A DNA stretch of 64,000 bases from Octopus bimaculoides (lineage: Eukaryota): the NCBI RefSeq assembly GCF_001194135.2, contig NC_068986.1, positions 11,485,443-11,549,442 of the forward strand, in the 5' to 3' direction. Shown piece after piece: positions 28,320 through 40,880 of the stretch. The stretch's first letter is position 1. Each line of letters begins with the position of its first letter. The translations under genes were made by a program, and so were the position numbers. Below the pieces are notes generated by a model. That model searched no databases and had not been told where the DNA came from. It saw only the letters and a program-made list of their open reading frames with translations.

Positions 28320-28640
28320 GTGCTGGTGGCCCATAAAAAGCACCATCCGAACGTGGTCAATGCCAGTGCCCCTTGGCTGTCTCCCGTGCTGGTGACACAT
28401 AAAAAGCACTGTCTGAATGTGATCGGTGCCAGGGCTTCCTGACTGGCTCCTATGCTGGTGGCATGTAAAAAGCACTCACTATAGTCTCAAAGTGGTTGGC
28501 ATTAGGAAGGGCATCCAGCTGTAGAAAAATTGCCAGATCAAATTGGAGCCTGGTGCAGCCGCTGACTTTCCATATGTCAGTTGAACCGTCCAACCCATGC
28601 CAGCATGGAAAACGGACGTTAAACGATGATGATGATGATG
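28320..28640 (+). mobile_element. (GAT)n-tailed retroposon family (RTE-like tail), with 66-bp 5' tandem units
   Basis: GTGGTTGGCATTAGGAAGGGCATCCAGCTGTAG..CCAACCCATGCCAGCATGGAAAACGGACGTTAAAC(GAT)n. Many copies, e.g. 22600-22770, 33630-33890 (-), 41420-41670, 45958-46140, 47755-48075 (-), 49490-49765, 50385-50560 (-), 57810-57975, 59100-59280 (-), 63040-63210. Confidence 0.8.
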
Positions 28641-29649
28641 AAAGATATATAAAATGCATGTTGTTTGTGTCTAATTGGCTCATTATTTATCATTTAATGC
28701 TTTAAAAAAAAATTATAATGCAAAAATCTCATCAGTGAAAACACAATCCTCATTATAACTTCTTTCTGTATGAATTAGCCCCACCGTCCCTTGTTTAATG
28801 CTTGGGTATTTGAAAGTGGTGGCATCATGAAATCAAGGTATTCCTCGCTTTCATTGCCATTGTAATTAAGGAATTTATTCAAAATCGTTATGAATAAATC
28901 CTCATTGACGCATTACACAAGTTCACAATCTTAATGCTTCCAGAGTGAAGAAAGATCAACAAATATTCTTCTCCAGGGCCTCAAGGCTACAAGTTGATTC
29001 CTTCGTTTGTTAAACAGAACATCCAATCAATATGCTTACTGATGAGAACTGCTTCAGTGAATGCAAACACAAAGAAATATTTCAGTTGAATAAGAAATTA
29101 AATTTAGCAAAAGACACCTGATAGTAAATAAATAGCTCATACTTTTCGCAAATCAGTGTTTATATAGAAACTTTGAAACTTTTCATTATTTTGAATTTTC
29201 AATCTATAATTTGTGTATAGTAGGTGTATCATCTGTGAGTGTATGTATATATGATGTAAATGTATGTATAATATATATATACATGTATGTGTATAAATAC
29301 TTGTGTATATGTGTGTCTATGTATGTTTATATTTGTGTATATACATGTATGTATCCACACTATCTACTCATGCAATTCGTTGTTTAATAGATTATCATTG
29401 CCAATGTATTGGGGACGACGATGGTGGTGGAGGACTGACCAAAATACACTGGTATTTAGTTACTCCAACCCAAAGCACCTTTGGATAGACTGGAATGTAG
29501 ACAGACATGTACAGGATATTTAAAATGTAATCACCTATCAGACATTGAACTTTACAGGGTGGGCTGGAAACAAAAAATGTACCTTAGACAAGATTTTTCA
29601 TTTCTTCAACCAGTGAACTCATGACTTCAACAATTCCCCTTTTGTCCAA

Positions 29650-30300
29650 TTGGCATGGCTATGCATAGATTAGGAAGAAGTATCAATATATACAGCCTGG
29701 TGTTGGTGTGAAAGTTAGGTCACTTCCTCAATAACTTCAGGTCACTAGATATAGATGTGGTTACCATCAGTGGAAGAAGAATTTCTGGTATGCACAGACT
29801 CAAGCACATTTTTAATGACTATGAAATGTAGTCATCGGGTGGCAGAATGGTAGTGTTGTTTCAGAATGAGTTGGAACTTGAGGTACAGATGACATCTTCT
29901 TGGACCCAGGTGGTAAATATGTGGTAGCAAAGTCAATGCAGTCAGACTAGTGACTGACTGCCCCAGCCAAAGTAGGATGATTGGATTTCCTCAAGTGAAA
30001 TTTCCTTGGAAATATCCTACTTTTTCATACTTGTGGCTGGAATTGTATTTTAGATGCACAAGGGGAGAGACTAACACCCTGAAAAAGCTACTCAAACATT
30101 CCCAACTGTCCAACACAGACTAACTGCATGTTCTGAATGTGACAGTATTCGTATTGAGCAAACAGTAGAATATCCAGATTGTCCTGAGATAGTTTTTGTT
30201 AGGTCAATAGGGTGTCCACACTTTGTCATTTAGCTATGCAGACCACGAATTTCTGATCTGTGCAATCAACTTAAATAGGACCCATAGATATGGACCCCAT
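29650..30300 (+). mobile_element. Degenerate L1/Tx1-like LINE AP-endonuclease fossil
   Basis: Disrupted frames give GGRMVVLF, LDPGGKYVV, LVAG-NCILDAQ (GDFN region) and SYADHEFL (SDH region), in APE order. Confidence 0.5.
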
Positions 30301-31496
30301 TACTGGTAGTATTTTTTCCCCTTCCCCCGGTGTGCAACAACATCAAGAGACCAGACTAGAGAGCAGCTAACAGATACTCTGTAAAAGTGGTTGATGATAG
30401 GATGGGTGGGACGGGTGTCCAGCTGTAGGAACCAAGTCAGAACAAAACCTATCAGCAGCAATCTGTGAAGGTAGTACTTCTAATTAGGAATTGATTCGGA
30501 CTGTGATCACCCATCCAACTCAGGCCATGATTAGCAAACAAAATGATGATGAACTTTAATAACAATAATAGCAAAAGCCAACCTTTTCCAGACCAAATTC
30601 CATTCTGATGTCTGTGCTAAAGCAATACACTGAGTGAATCTGTGTATTCAACTGGTTTTTATCTTTCCCATAAAGCTGCAGGTCATTCATAAAAAATAGA
30701 TGATTGATCTTATCTTTCCTTTCTTTGAACTCATAAGCAGCTTTTGTTCTTTTTCACATTCAAAGGCAGCAGTTGTCATACACAAGACAAGAAAGAGATG
30801 GTGACCAGGCTGTCTGGCTTCGTTCCATGTTTGATTTTATTTATTATTTTATTAGGGTGGTTAACTCACAGAATTGTTACCACATTGAACAAAATGTTTT
30901 GCAGCACTTCATCCAGCTTTGAGTTCTGAGTTCAAATATCACCAAAGTCAACTTCAGCTTTCATCTTTCTGGGGTCAGTGAAATAAGTGCCAGGCCTTGT
31001 GCCTATTATAGAAGGATTATTATTAAGTTGGTATGTTGGCAGAATTGTTAGCCAAAATGCTATGTATTTCTTCTGACACTTTAAATCCTGCTCATGTGAA
31101 CATTGCATTTCATCTTTTGGGGCTCAATAACATAAAGTACCAGGGGATAAGGGTTGGGGATGTCAATGTAATTGTCTTACTCCCTCCCCTCGAAGATATT
31201 GCTTAAATCAGCTCAAAATCACTAGCTAAAAATTAAAACCATTACTGTTTATGTAAATCCCTTCTGTCTTTGTATTGCCCTAAATGTTGTGATCCTTGTG
31301 GCCTTGGGGTCGCTATAATCAAATTGCCCTCTCCCCTCAAAATTTCAAGCCTTCTACCTATATTAGAAGGAATTATTATTATTTAAGGTGGTTCACTGTA
31401 TCCAATATTATGACGTTATTGATTGAAGATAGTGTGTGCTGTCTGTCTATTAAGTCACAAGGACCTCAGACTGACAGTACTTTACACAATGTGTGT

Positions 31497-31716
31497 TATT
31501 TCTTTACTACCCACAAGGGGCTACACACAGAGGGGACAAACACGGATTAAGTCGATTATATCGACCCCAGTGCGTAACTGGTACTTATTTAATCGACCCC
31601 GAAAGGATGAAAGGCAAAGTCGACCTCGGCGGAATTTGAACTCAGAACGTAGCGGCAGACGAAATACGGCTAAGCATTTCGCCCGGTGTGCTAACGTTTC
31701 TGCCAGCTCACCGCCT
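31497..31716 (-). mobile_element. tRNA-derived SINE family 1, full-length copy
   Basis: Head AAGGCGGTGAGCTGGCAGAA..GAGTTCAAATTCC and central GGTCGACTTTGCCTTTCATCCTTTCGGGGTCGA..AAGTACCAG (Meta-domain-like from memory, needs checking). Many decayed copies, e.g. ~1000-1420, 2110-2310, 6975-7150, 27320-27710, 32313-32520, 35580-36010, 45870-46380. Confidence 0.85.
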
Positions 31717-32280
31717 TAACACACTTTACGCAATGTGTGTGCAGTTCCAAGTAATGCCAAGTTTTGCAATACACCTAGATTGTAGGGTATTTCTAAAATT
31801 TCCAGATGTTTCTTCAGGTTGGGTGGAATTGAATCCAATGCTCCGATGTCAACAGGGACAACCTTTTTATGTTTGACTCTCGTAGCTGTCACATCTTAGC
31901 GATCTCAATTCTCAGGTCTCCATATTTATCAATCTTTTTTCTTTCTTTCATGATAATATGTTGATCTCCCGGCACTGCCACGTTGATTATTAGGCACTCT
32001 TGTTTGTCCCTCCTAAAGGTTGCTATATCCGGTCTTCCGTGCTCTAACACCTTGTCTATCTCGAAGTCAAAATCCCGGAGGATTTTCCTTTCCCCTTTCT
32101 GTCCATTACCTTTTCCAATGTATGTTGGTACCAAGCACCCATTACCTTGTATCCATACTTCCGGCATAGTAACCAGTGAAGGTTTTGGGCTACCTTGTCA
32201 CGTCTGCACTTGTACTCTTTCTCTGCAAGACTTTCACAAGCACTAACAATGTGAGTCGCACTTTTGCCCCTCTTCTCATA
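31716..32280 (-). mobile_element. 5'-truncated RLE-type non-LTR retrotransposon (R4/Dong-like), 3' coding end with frameshifts
   Basis: The - strand translates as THIVSACESLAEKEYKCRRDKVAQNLHWLLCRKYG.., then KILRDFDFEIDKVLEHGRPDI..ECLIINVAVP..KIDKYGDL, then VVPVDIGALDSIP..LLGTAHTLRKV*. This covers the zinc-knuckle end and the PD-(D/E)xK restriction-like endonuclease. Confidence 0.9.
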
Positions 32281-34500
32281 TTATTATTATTATTATTATC
32301 ATTATTATTATCAAAGACAGTGAGCTGGCAGAATCATTAGCACGCCAGGCAAAATGCTTAGCGGTATTTCATCTTCTGCTGTGTTCTGAGTTCAAATTCC
32401 GCCAAGGTCATCCTTTCAGGGTCGATAAATTAAGTACCAATGAAACACTGGAGTTGATGTAATTGGCTAGTCCCCTCCCCTCAAATTTCAGGCCTTGTGC
32501 CTACAGTAGAAGGGATTATTTTTATATTATCCTCATCATATTTATTTGTGAAATTTAGTTCCTTATTGAGCAGCAAATGAAGTAGCCATTACGCTGCTGG
32601 TTGTTTGATTCTGTTTATTTGGTAGTTGTACTGTAATAATATCTATTTTGTAAACTGTCAGTAGGTAGGAGGTATACATTACATTCATTGAAAGGAAGGG
32701 AGGATATGGCATTTGAGTAGTGGTGGTGGTGGTGGTGGTGGTGGTGGTAGGGCCACAGATGAGGTTGGTGGGGTGGAAATATTATGAACTTAGGAAAGAT
32801 ATGTTGTTTTTTTTAAATCAGGTCAACCAGATTAGTTTGTTGTCAGCCTAAAACATGATTAGAGGAAAGGTGCAGCGAGAATTGTGTGAAATATTAATGT
32901 TTTGTTTGTTTTGTTAGTTGTAGCCATTAACAGAGTTGTAAATGTTGTCTTTTTAAAACATTTCCATTTAAAGGCGTCGCTGTTTCTTTTAAACATTTTA
33001 AGTGGATAAGGCATCTTCATATTACAACAAAAATAAAAAAGAATCTATTATAAGATCTAACGAAGCTTAAGGGATAATTAATGAAGGTGGTTGCCAGGAA
33101 TAAATTGCAGCTGAAACCAAAATGGAACTTAGTCTTTTCTTCTTCTTATTATTATTACTGAAAGGCGGCAAGCTTAGCAACATTTCTTCTCTCTTTGCAT
33201 TCTGTCAAGGTCAACTTGGCCTTTCATCCTTTCACGGTCAATGAAATAAATACCAGTTGTGTAGTGGGATCTGTGTATTTAACTTACACCTTCTACCTCC
33301 AAAATTTTAGGCCTTGTGCCTATAATAGAAACAATTATTATTATCATTATTAATATTATTGTGGAGGTGCATGGTTTAGTGAGTGGTTAGGGTGTTGGAC
33401 TCCTGATCACTAGATTGTGGTTTCAATTCCTGAACTGGGTGATGGGTTGCGTTCTATGTTGTTCCAGTCTACTCAGCTGGCAAAAAGTAATCCTGCAAGG
33501 GACTGGCATCCCATCCTGGTGGGGTATATATGCATTATTACCATTAAAAAAAGGTGGTGAGTTGGTAGAATCATTACTATGCCAGATAATGTGTTTAGCA
33601 GCATTTGGTTTGGTGCTTTACGTTCATCACTGTCATTGTTGTTTAACATCTGCTTTCCATGCTGGCATGGGTTGGACGGTTTGACTGAGGGCTGACAAGC
33701 CAAAAGGCTGCACCAGGCTCCAATCTGATCTGGCAGAGGTTTCTACAGCTGGATACCCTTCCTAATACCAACCACGCTGAGAGTGTAGTGGGTGCTTTTT
33801 ACATGTCACTGGCACAAGGGCCAGTCTGACAGCACTGGCAATGACCTTGCTCAAATGATGCTTTTTATGTGCCACCGACATGGGATCAGTCAGCTGGTTC
33901 AGATTCCACTGAGGTTGACTTTGCCTTCCTTCCATTCAGTGCCAATAAAATCAGAATCAGTTGAGCTCTGGGGTTATCCCCTCCTTTAAAATTGCAGACC
34001 TTGTGCCAAAATTAGAAAGAAGGGCAGTGTCCTGATAAAATTGTTAGTGTCAGACAGAATGCTTGATGGCATTTCTTTTGGGTTCTTTAAATTCTGCTGA
34101 GGTAATCCTTACTCTTCATCCTTTTAGGATCAATGAAACAAGTACCAGTTGAGTACTGGGGTCAGTGTAATCCACTACTTCTTCCCCCAACCATTTCAAG
34201 TCTTCTGCCTATAGTAAAAAAGAATTATTATAATTATCGTTATTTCTAATGGTCCCTTCTAGGGGAAGGGGCAATGCTCATGACCTTCACATGCACACTC
34301 TAAGTTTGTGGGACCGATCAATTTGTATTCAGTTTAGTTTGAAACAGTAATGCTGATATCAACAATAATTATTTATATTTTTCTTTGCTTGTAAAAAAAA
34401 TAATAAATTCAAAATCGTATATTTGTGATGTTTTACATGTTTGAACTAGCAATGTTTTACATTTTTATCTGATGCCTTTTTGTTTTTTCTTATTTTGCAG

Positions 34501-35085
34501 CAATACGGCATGGAGAAAAATACCCCAAAAGCTGTGTGCGATTATACCAATCTTCCAAGTTCCGTTCAAAAGCAAGCGTAAAGCAATTACCATCGTCGTT
34601 ACTAAGCACTGTGTCTCCACCATACAATTCCAAAGTCAATGCCACCGCCAGTAAGGAGAAAAACCATGCCATGCCAGTGGTCAAAGTGGAACGAATGCCG
34701 GAGAAACTACCAGTCAAGAAGCCTTTTCTTAATAACACCAATTCAAACAGTACCCCTAATAATGTCAACAATAACACCAATAGTAGTAATGTTAGTGCTA
34801 ATACTAATGCTAATACTAACTTCGCCACCTCGAGCAGTTCCGACAGTGTCGCTTCAACCCCGAACCAATGTAGTGTGAAACCCGCCATTACGAATGGAAC
34901 TCTGAAAGATGCTGCGCCCATTCTTCCTCCTGTTGCTGCTCAGGCTGGTGCCTCTTCTACTACAACCACAAGTAGAGATTGCTCAGCAGCATTACCTCTG
35001 CCCAACGCCATGGCTTATCAGAACTGTTGCAACAAAATTGTTTGTCAAAAACCGCAGAAAAAAGAAAAATTGTTACCCTGTAAAG
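34501..35085 (+). CDS. ATXN7: Ataxin-7 family protein, first recoverable internal exon (end of N-terminal ZnF region, Asn/Ser-rich linker, start of SCA7 domain)
   Basis: Polypyrimidine acceptor ttctattttgcag|34501. Open frame xIRHGEKYPKSCVRLYQSSK...KKEKLLPCK. Donor AAAG|gttaga at 35085 is phase 1 and joins in frame to 40881 (G+AT=Asp). IRHG matches the position of ERRH after the ATXN7 N-terminal zinc finger. Confidence 0.85.
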
Positions 35086-35131
35086 GTTAGAATGTCTTTC
35101 TAAGCTAAAATACCATGTTTGGGGGTGGGAG

Positions 35132-35183
<52 letters not shown>

Positions 35184-38100
35184 GTGTGTATCCATCCATC
35201 CATCCATCCATCATATGTGACTCATTTGGTGCAACAAACCAAATGAATTGTATATTATTTTATTTTTCTGTTGATAATATTAATAATTTCTAATCTTCAC
35301 CACTTTCACTCTTGTCATCATCACCACCATCATCACCATGGCAGCAGATGAGGAGAATCATTAAAATGCCAAACTGAATCCATTATGGGGTTTAGTTTTG
35401 GTGCTTTACATTCTGAGTTCAAATTCTTCCAAGGGCCTCTTTGTTTCTCATTTTTCTGGGGCCAATAATAATAAAAGTACCTACCAGCTACTGAAGTCAA
35501 TGTAATCAACTTTTTTCTTCTCACCCCTAATTGGTGGCTCTCTGCCATCTTACAAACAATTATTATCATTATTATCAAATTAAGTAATGAGCTGGCCGAG
35601 TTATTAGCATGCTGGGCAAAATGCTAAGTGACATTTCATCCATCGCTATGTTCTGAGTTCAAATTCCACCGAGGCCAATAAAGTACCAGTGAAACACTGA
35701 GGTCAGTGTAATTGACTAGTCCCCTCCCCCCCAAATTTCAGGCCTTGTGCTTATAGCAGAAAGGATTATTATTATTATTATTATTAAAGCAGTGAGCTGG
35801 CAGAGTTGTTAGCATGTCAGGCAAAATGCTAAACGGCATTTTGTCTGTCTTTACATTCTGAGTTCAAATTCCACTGAGGTCAACTTTGCCTTTCATCCTT
35901 ACGAGGTCGATAAAATAAGTACCAGTCGAGTACTGGGTTTGATGTAAACAACTAGCTCCTTCTGCCAGGATTTCAAGCTCTTTGTGCCTATAGCAGAAAG
36001 AATTATTATTATCAAGAATCATAGATTCATGCACTAAATACTTCACAGTATTTGGTATTATAGCTTTGTCTGAGTTAAAATTCTGCCAGAGTTGACTTTG
36101 TAGGGGGTGGGATNNNNNNNNNNNNNNNNNGGATGGGGTGGGGGTCAATTAAATAGATACCAGTAATACACAAGGGACAATTCAATCAACTATACGCCTA
36201 CCGTACAAATTTAGGGTTGTACATGATTGTGATTGCTAATCATGTGCAACCCTAAATTGTACAAGCACATCAGGACAGTTTGCACTGTGCAGCATTTTTG
36301 ACAACAAACAAGATGAGGACAAATATCCTTCAAATGTAAATAAAGAGACACATGTCTGGAATTCACGCTCATTTACACTTTCAGGAGCTGGTGATTCAGT
36401 TGATCAAACAGCAAAATCCTCCTCATCCAACTGATGGAGATCCACTGCCAATTTTAATAGATTAAACACCCTCCTTTGGCTCATTGCTTTAAGTCAATCC
36501 ACACAATTGTTCCTTTTCCTTGTCCTTATTCATCAGGATACATCACAGAATATCTTTCACCACCAACTTCGACCTGAAGGGGCTTCAAGAAAAAGGACTT
36601 GCCCAGTTCTTGAAAGTAGATATTTGTTCTTGCTTATTTTAGTAGACATCCACCTTTTTGTTCCTTGTGGGTACACCCTAACACCTCATTGCTACCATCC
36701 TTTTTCTCATTGCAGCTAGCAAGACACCTATTCCTGTTCTAACATACTTTAGCCCCTCAACATCTGGCACAAAGTTACCCCCCCCCCATCACTGCTGCAC
36801 CGTCCCTCTCGGTCAAGAGCTCTTTCTTGCAAGTTACTAGGCGACCTCACTATGCTGGTGCTAAGAAAAAAGTATCCAGTACCTCCGTAAAATGGTTGGT
36901 GTAAGGAAGGGCATCTCGCCATAGAAACGATGCCAAAGCAGATCCTTTCAGCCACCCAATCCATATCAAGATGTTAATTGATAATGATGATAATTCTTAT
37001 TAATTCTCTCCCCCCCACTTTTATCCTCAAGCTGGTTGTTCTCTAACGAAAGTAACTAAACAAAAATATTCAATTTTCTAGTGTTAAGATTATTCGCAAA
37101 AATTAAAATACAATGTTCAAAACTTTAACATGGCATCAACCGAAATTAATTGTCAGTTATTAAAATTTAGTGATTCATTTAACACAACAATTTGTCAAGT
37201 CAACATCATACAGAATTTAATAGTCAGTATTAAGAGTATCACAATCTAAATTTTTGTATCTACACACTAAACCCAATGGCAAATAGGAGTGTTTAGTATC
37301 CAATCAGATTCTTTTCTTTTGCTTATGTGTGGTTAACAAGTGTGCTTTTCACTCACACAGTTTTAAGGGTCAGTCCCACTACATGTCTTCTATAGCTTTG
37401 GGCCAACCAATGACTTGCAAGCGAGTTTGTTTTGATGGAAACTGAAAGAAGCCCATAGTGTGTGTGTGTGTGCATGCATGTGTCCTTTTCTGTGTTTGTT
37501 TACATTTCACTTCACCGAATATTGGTTTCAAGGCCAGTAGTTTCAGGCTGGTGGGAGCTAGTCGACCCCCCCCCCCCCNNNNNNNNNNNNNNNNNNNNNN
37601 NNNNNNNAGTGTTCAACTGCTACTTATTTTATCAACCCCAAAAGAATGAAAGGCAATGTTGAACTCGGAATGTAAGGCTGGAAGAAATTCCTCGAAACCT
37701 TCCACCTGGCATGCTAAGGATTCTGACAGCTCACCCCCTTCACCAATTATTGCCAGCTACAGTGTTGTCCCTTAGCTTTGCTCCTTCAAAGTTATTTGAG
37801 AATCAGTTGAGGGTTCATAATAGGAAAGACATCTGAGTGTAAAACACTATTTCAGTAATTTATTCATTTAACCCATACTAGCATGGAAAAAATGATGATA
37901 AACAAAGTCCAATCTATGCCAGCGTAAAACTAAAAACAAATGTTAGAAGGATGGTAATAGTGTCATTAATGTCATTTATGATAATACCACAAATAAAGTA
38001 GAGTTAAAACAGCTAAAAGGAAATTTTTTAAATATTGGTGACAGAAAGGGCATTTGGCCATAGAAAATCTGTCTCAACAAATTCCATCTGATGCATGGGA

Positions 38101-38509
38101 GCATGGAAAAAGTGGTCGTTAAGATGATGATGATGTGGTAGCCATTCTATGAATATAATTTGCTGAGAATTAGACCATTTAATTAATAAATGTAAGGGTA
38201 AAATGACTAAGTGGATGACTAAGGTATTGGTGGTTACTAATTCCTGTTATCTGCTGTAGGTACTGGCTCTGTCACTTCTTTGACAAACCACCACCACCAC
38301 CACCTACTACTACTGCTATTACTTCGACAGTTCACGCTGCCATCAAGAATAACTATGGCATCTGTTCTGTAGCAGATGGTTTTTTTGTTTAACAAGAGGC
38401 ATATTTATTGAAAGCCAAGGGAGATAAATACTCATCCCAATAGAAAAATTTATTTCTCATTACAAAATAAATATCACTCCTTTAATGCAAACGCTTTTTT
38501 TTTTTTTTT

Positions 38510-38715
38510 AAATGTAGCCGGAAAGGGTTTCTCGCCAAAGGATCTCGAGTAATGTTACTCAATGAGGCATGTTGCTTGAAGATCTGGTCAAGAGTTGCTA
38601 TGCATTGAGAGGTCACAGCTCCAGTACTATGGACATGTGAATAGAATGTCCGAGGAAAGAGTCTCAAGATGGATTCTTCAAGTGGGGCCCAACTGGCAGG
38701 GGATCTGCAAGTAGA
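38510..38715 (+). mobile_element. RTE-clade LINE fossil (C-terminal coding fragment)
   Basis: Translates as GFLAKGSRVMLL.. then LLCIERSQLQYYGHVNRMSEERVSRWIL, resembling the RTE C-terminal IERxQLRWxGHVxRM motif. Confidence 0.65.
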
Positions 38716-38747
38716 AAAAAAACAAGTTAGTTGGATAATATTTATAG

Positions 38748-38902
38748 CAGAGGTGGACTGAGAATATTAAGGGCCCTCGGGCATAGCTGTTTACCGGGCC
38801 CCTTAGCATTGATTTAGTAGAGTTAACATGTAGAGTGTAGCCCCTTTAGAGCTCTGGGCCCTCAGGCAGTGCCCAATTGACCAATGGCTCAGTCCACCCC
38901 TG
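38748..38902. mobile_element. 155-bp hAT-type MITE
   Basis: TIRs CAGAGGTGGACTGAG / CTCAGTCCACCCCTG (14/15). The 8-bp flanks atttatag / atctatac match 6/8. Confidence 0.8.
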
Positions 38903-39689
38903 ATCTATACCCTCAGTTGGTCACACTTAAGAATGCAGCTGAAAAGTGTAATGATTGTTGTTTCAGATAGGATCCTGTGGAAGAGGGGCCCGAGGATTCT
39001 GTTTCTTGAACTTCTCACAAGGATAGTGGGCAGAGAAGATGGGTTGGCCAATTAAAAAGTGAAGGTTTATTAATTTTTCGTAGGAATAATGACTATTTGA
39101 TCTTTATTTAAACTTCTTTGTCTTCATTGAAGACGGTGATAGATCCCAGTTTAGCATCAACCTTGTGACTCTTTGCGACTGTTGGTTGCATTTAATGTTG
39201 ATTATTAACTGTTCTGATCCAAACCTACCTGAGACTACCCCAGTTCTATGATACAAGCTTCCTATTTTATAAGGATCAAAATTAAAACCTTCCTTCAAAA
39301 TTTCATTTAATTTATGTTCCAAATACCAGATTATTAATGTCAGTTATTTTACTAAATTCTTCATTGTTTTCAAAATTAATTGAAGCAAAACAAAAATATG
39401 GTAATAAAAAGGTTCATGTTGAACTCATGCAATATTGTGCTAGGTTTCTAGTCATGTGTTTAAAATTTCCTAAATATCATTTTACTGTTTGGTATGGTAT
39501 ATTACTTACTTTTGAGAGAGAGAGAAAGAGAGTGAGTAGGCAAAATAAGTATCATATTCTCTTTTCAGTTGAATCAATGATTTTGCAAATAAGCACACAG
39601 ATATAAAATTACCTGCATCACTGATTTATATAAATATCTAAATTTGCCAACTTACCTATGGAATGGTAAGATTTAGACTCAGCTCTGTC

Positions 39690-39960
39690 ATGAACTCCCA
39701 GGACTCATAAGGCCAGAGTTTAATCCAGTTTCCAAGGTGTATAAGTAACTGAGATTACAACACCCTCCCTGAATGGGACACTAGTCCATCTCAAGGTTAA
39801 CTTCCCAAGTATCACTGGAGCTCATTTTACAGCTTTGTGGACTGGAATAACATGAAATGAAGTGATTTGCTCAAGAACACTATATACCGCTCAGTCCAGG
39901 ATTTGAAACCACAATTTTATGATGATGAGTAGAACGCCTTAACCACTAGGCCATGCACCT
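39690..39960 (-). mobile_element. tRNA-derived SINE (family-3 head/CORE-like block + tail Y)
   Basis: The reverse complement has the head, GTGTTCTTGAGCAAATCACTT and the tail AACCTTGAGATGGACTAGTGTCCCATTCAGGG. Related copies at ~19870-20075, 25255-25440, 33365-33530 and 49830-50030. Confidence 0.7.
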
Positions 39961-40880
39961 TCACAACAAATGGTAGCATAATATAAAATGCGATTAAATA
40001 TATTATTTCTGTGTTTTACAAATAGTTTTCAACAAAATGCAGGACTTCTGCTTACACCAGAAGATTAATCTTGAAAAAAAAAAAACCCATTAAAACTTAA
40101 TGTTGAATATATGCATCATTAATTGTTATTTTGTGGTTAATTACATTGTAAGAACAGATTCCTTTTAGCAAATTGAAGAATGTGCCAGTATAGAACATGA
40201 ATGTTAAATGATGATGACAATGATAATGATGAAGTGAATAAAATCATTTTATTTACTCGTTCTTTTACTAAAAAGACTTTACCATATTTTCCTGCTTACA
40301 AGTTGACATAGTATAGAAAGATGTGGTACAAAACTCAAACATCATCTCTGTCTTTCCAAATCCTTCTGGATTTCAGATGAAAATTTTGGTCCTCCAAAGT
40401 CGTCTTGGTGTATAAATTGACATGCTTTTTTTTTTCCACTGTAAATTTTGGTCCAAAAATTCAATTTGTATGCCAGAAAATATGATGTTTCTGGGTATAG
40501 CAAGGTTTGTTTACTTGTCTCAGCAGGAATGGTGTCATTCATTGAGAAAGAACTGTAATTGAATAACAACTTAGTAAGGATACAATTCAGTTAAATGTTG
40601 TTTAATTTGTAGTGATAATCTTTTGTAGAATTAATATTTTCTGCCTCTGTAACCAGTACTGGTGCCACATAGAAGGTATCAGTACTCTGTGAAGTGGTTA
40701 GTGTTAGGAATGACTTTCACCCGTAGAAACCATGCTAAAGCAGACATTGGGACTTGGCACAGTCCTTTAGCTTGTCAGCTCCTGTCGAACTGTCCAACCC
40801 ATACAGCATAGAAAACAGATGTTTACTGATGATGATGATGATGTAATCAGTTTAAAAAATTTTGTTTTTTGAAATTTCAG

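Noticed and set aside
29030-29065. CTGATGA-GAACTGCTTCAGT-GAAT (and CTGAGGA..GAAT at ~60486)
   Set aside because: A15.1 is absent and there is no valid stem I or III; expected by chance.
1-34500. N-terminal ATXN7 zinc-finger exon candidates (e.g. 12871-12904, 16589, 26181)
   Set aside because: None encodes CxxC...H with compatible splice phases.
34490-34921. 143-aa - strand ORF (similarly 54060-54374 and 54381-54662)
   Set aside because: These are antisense shadows of ATXN7 exons.
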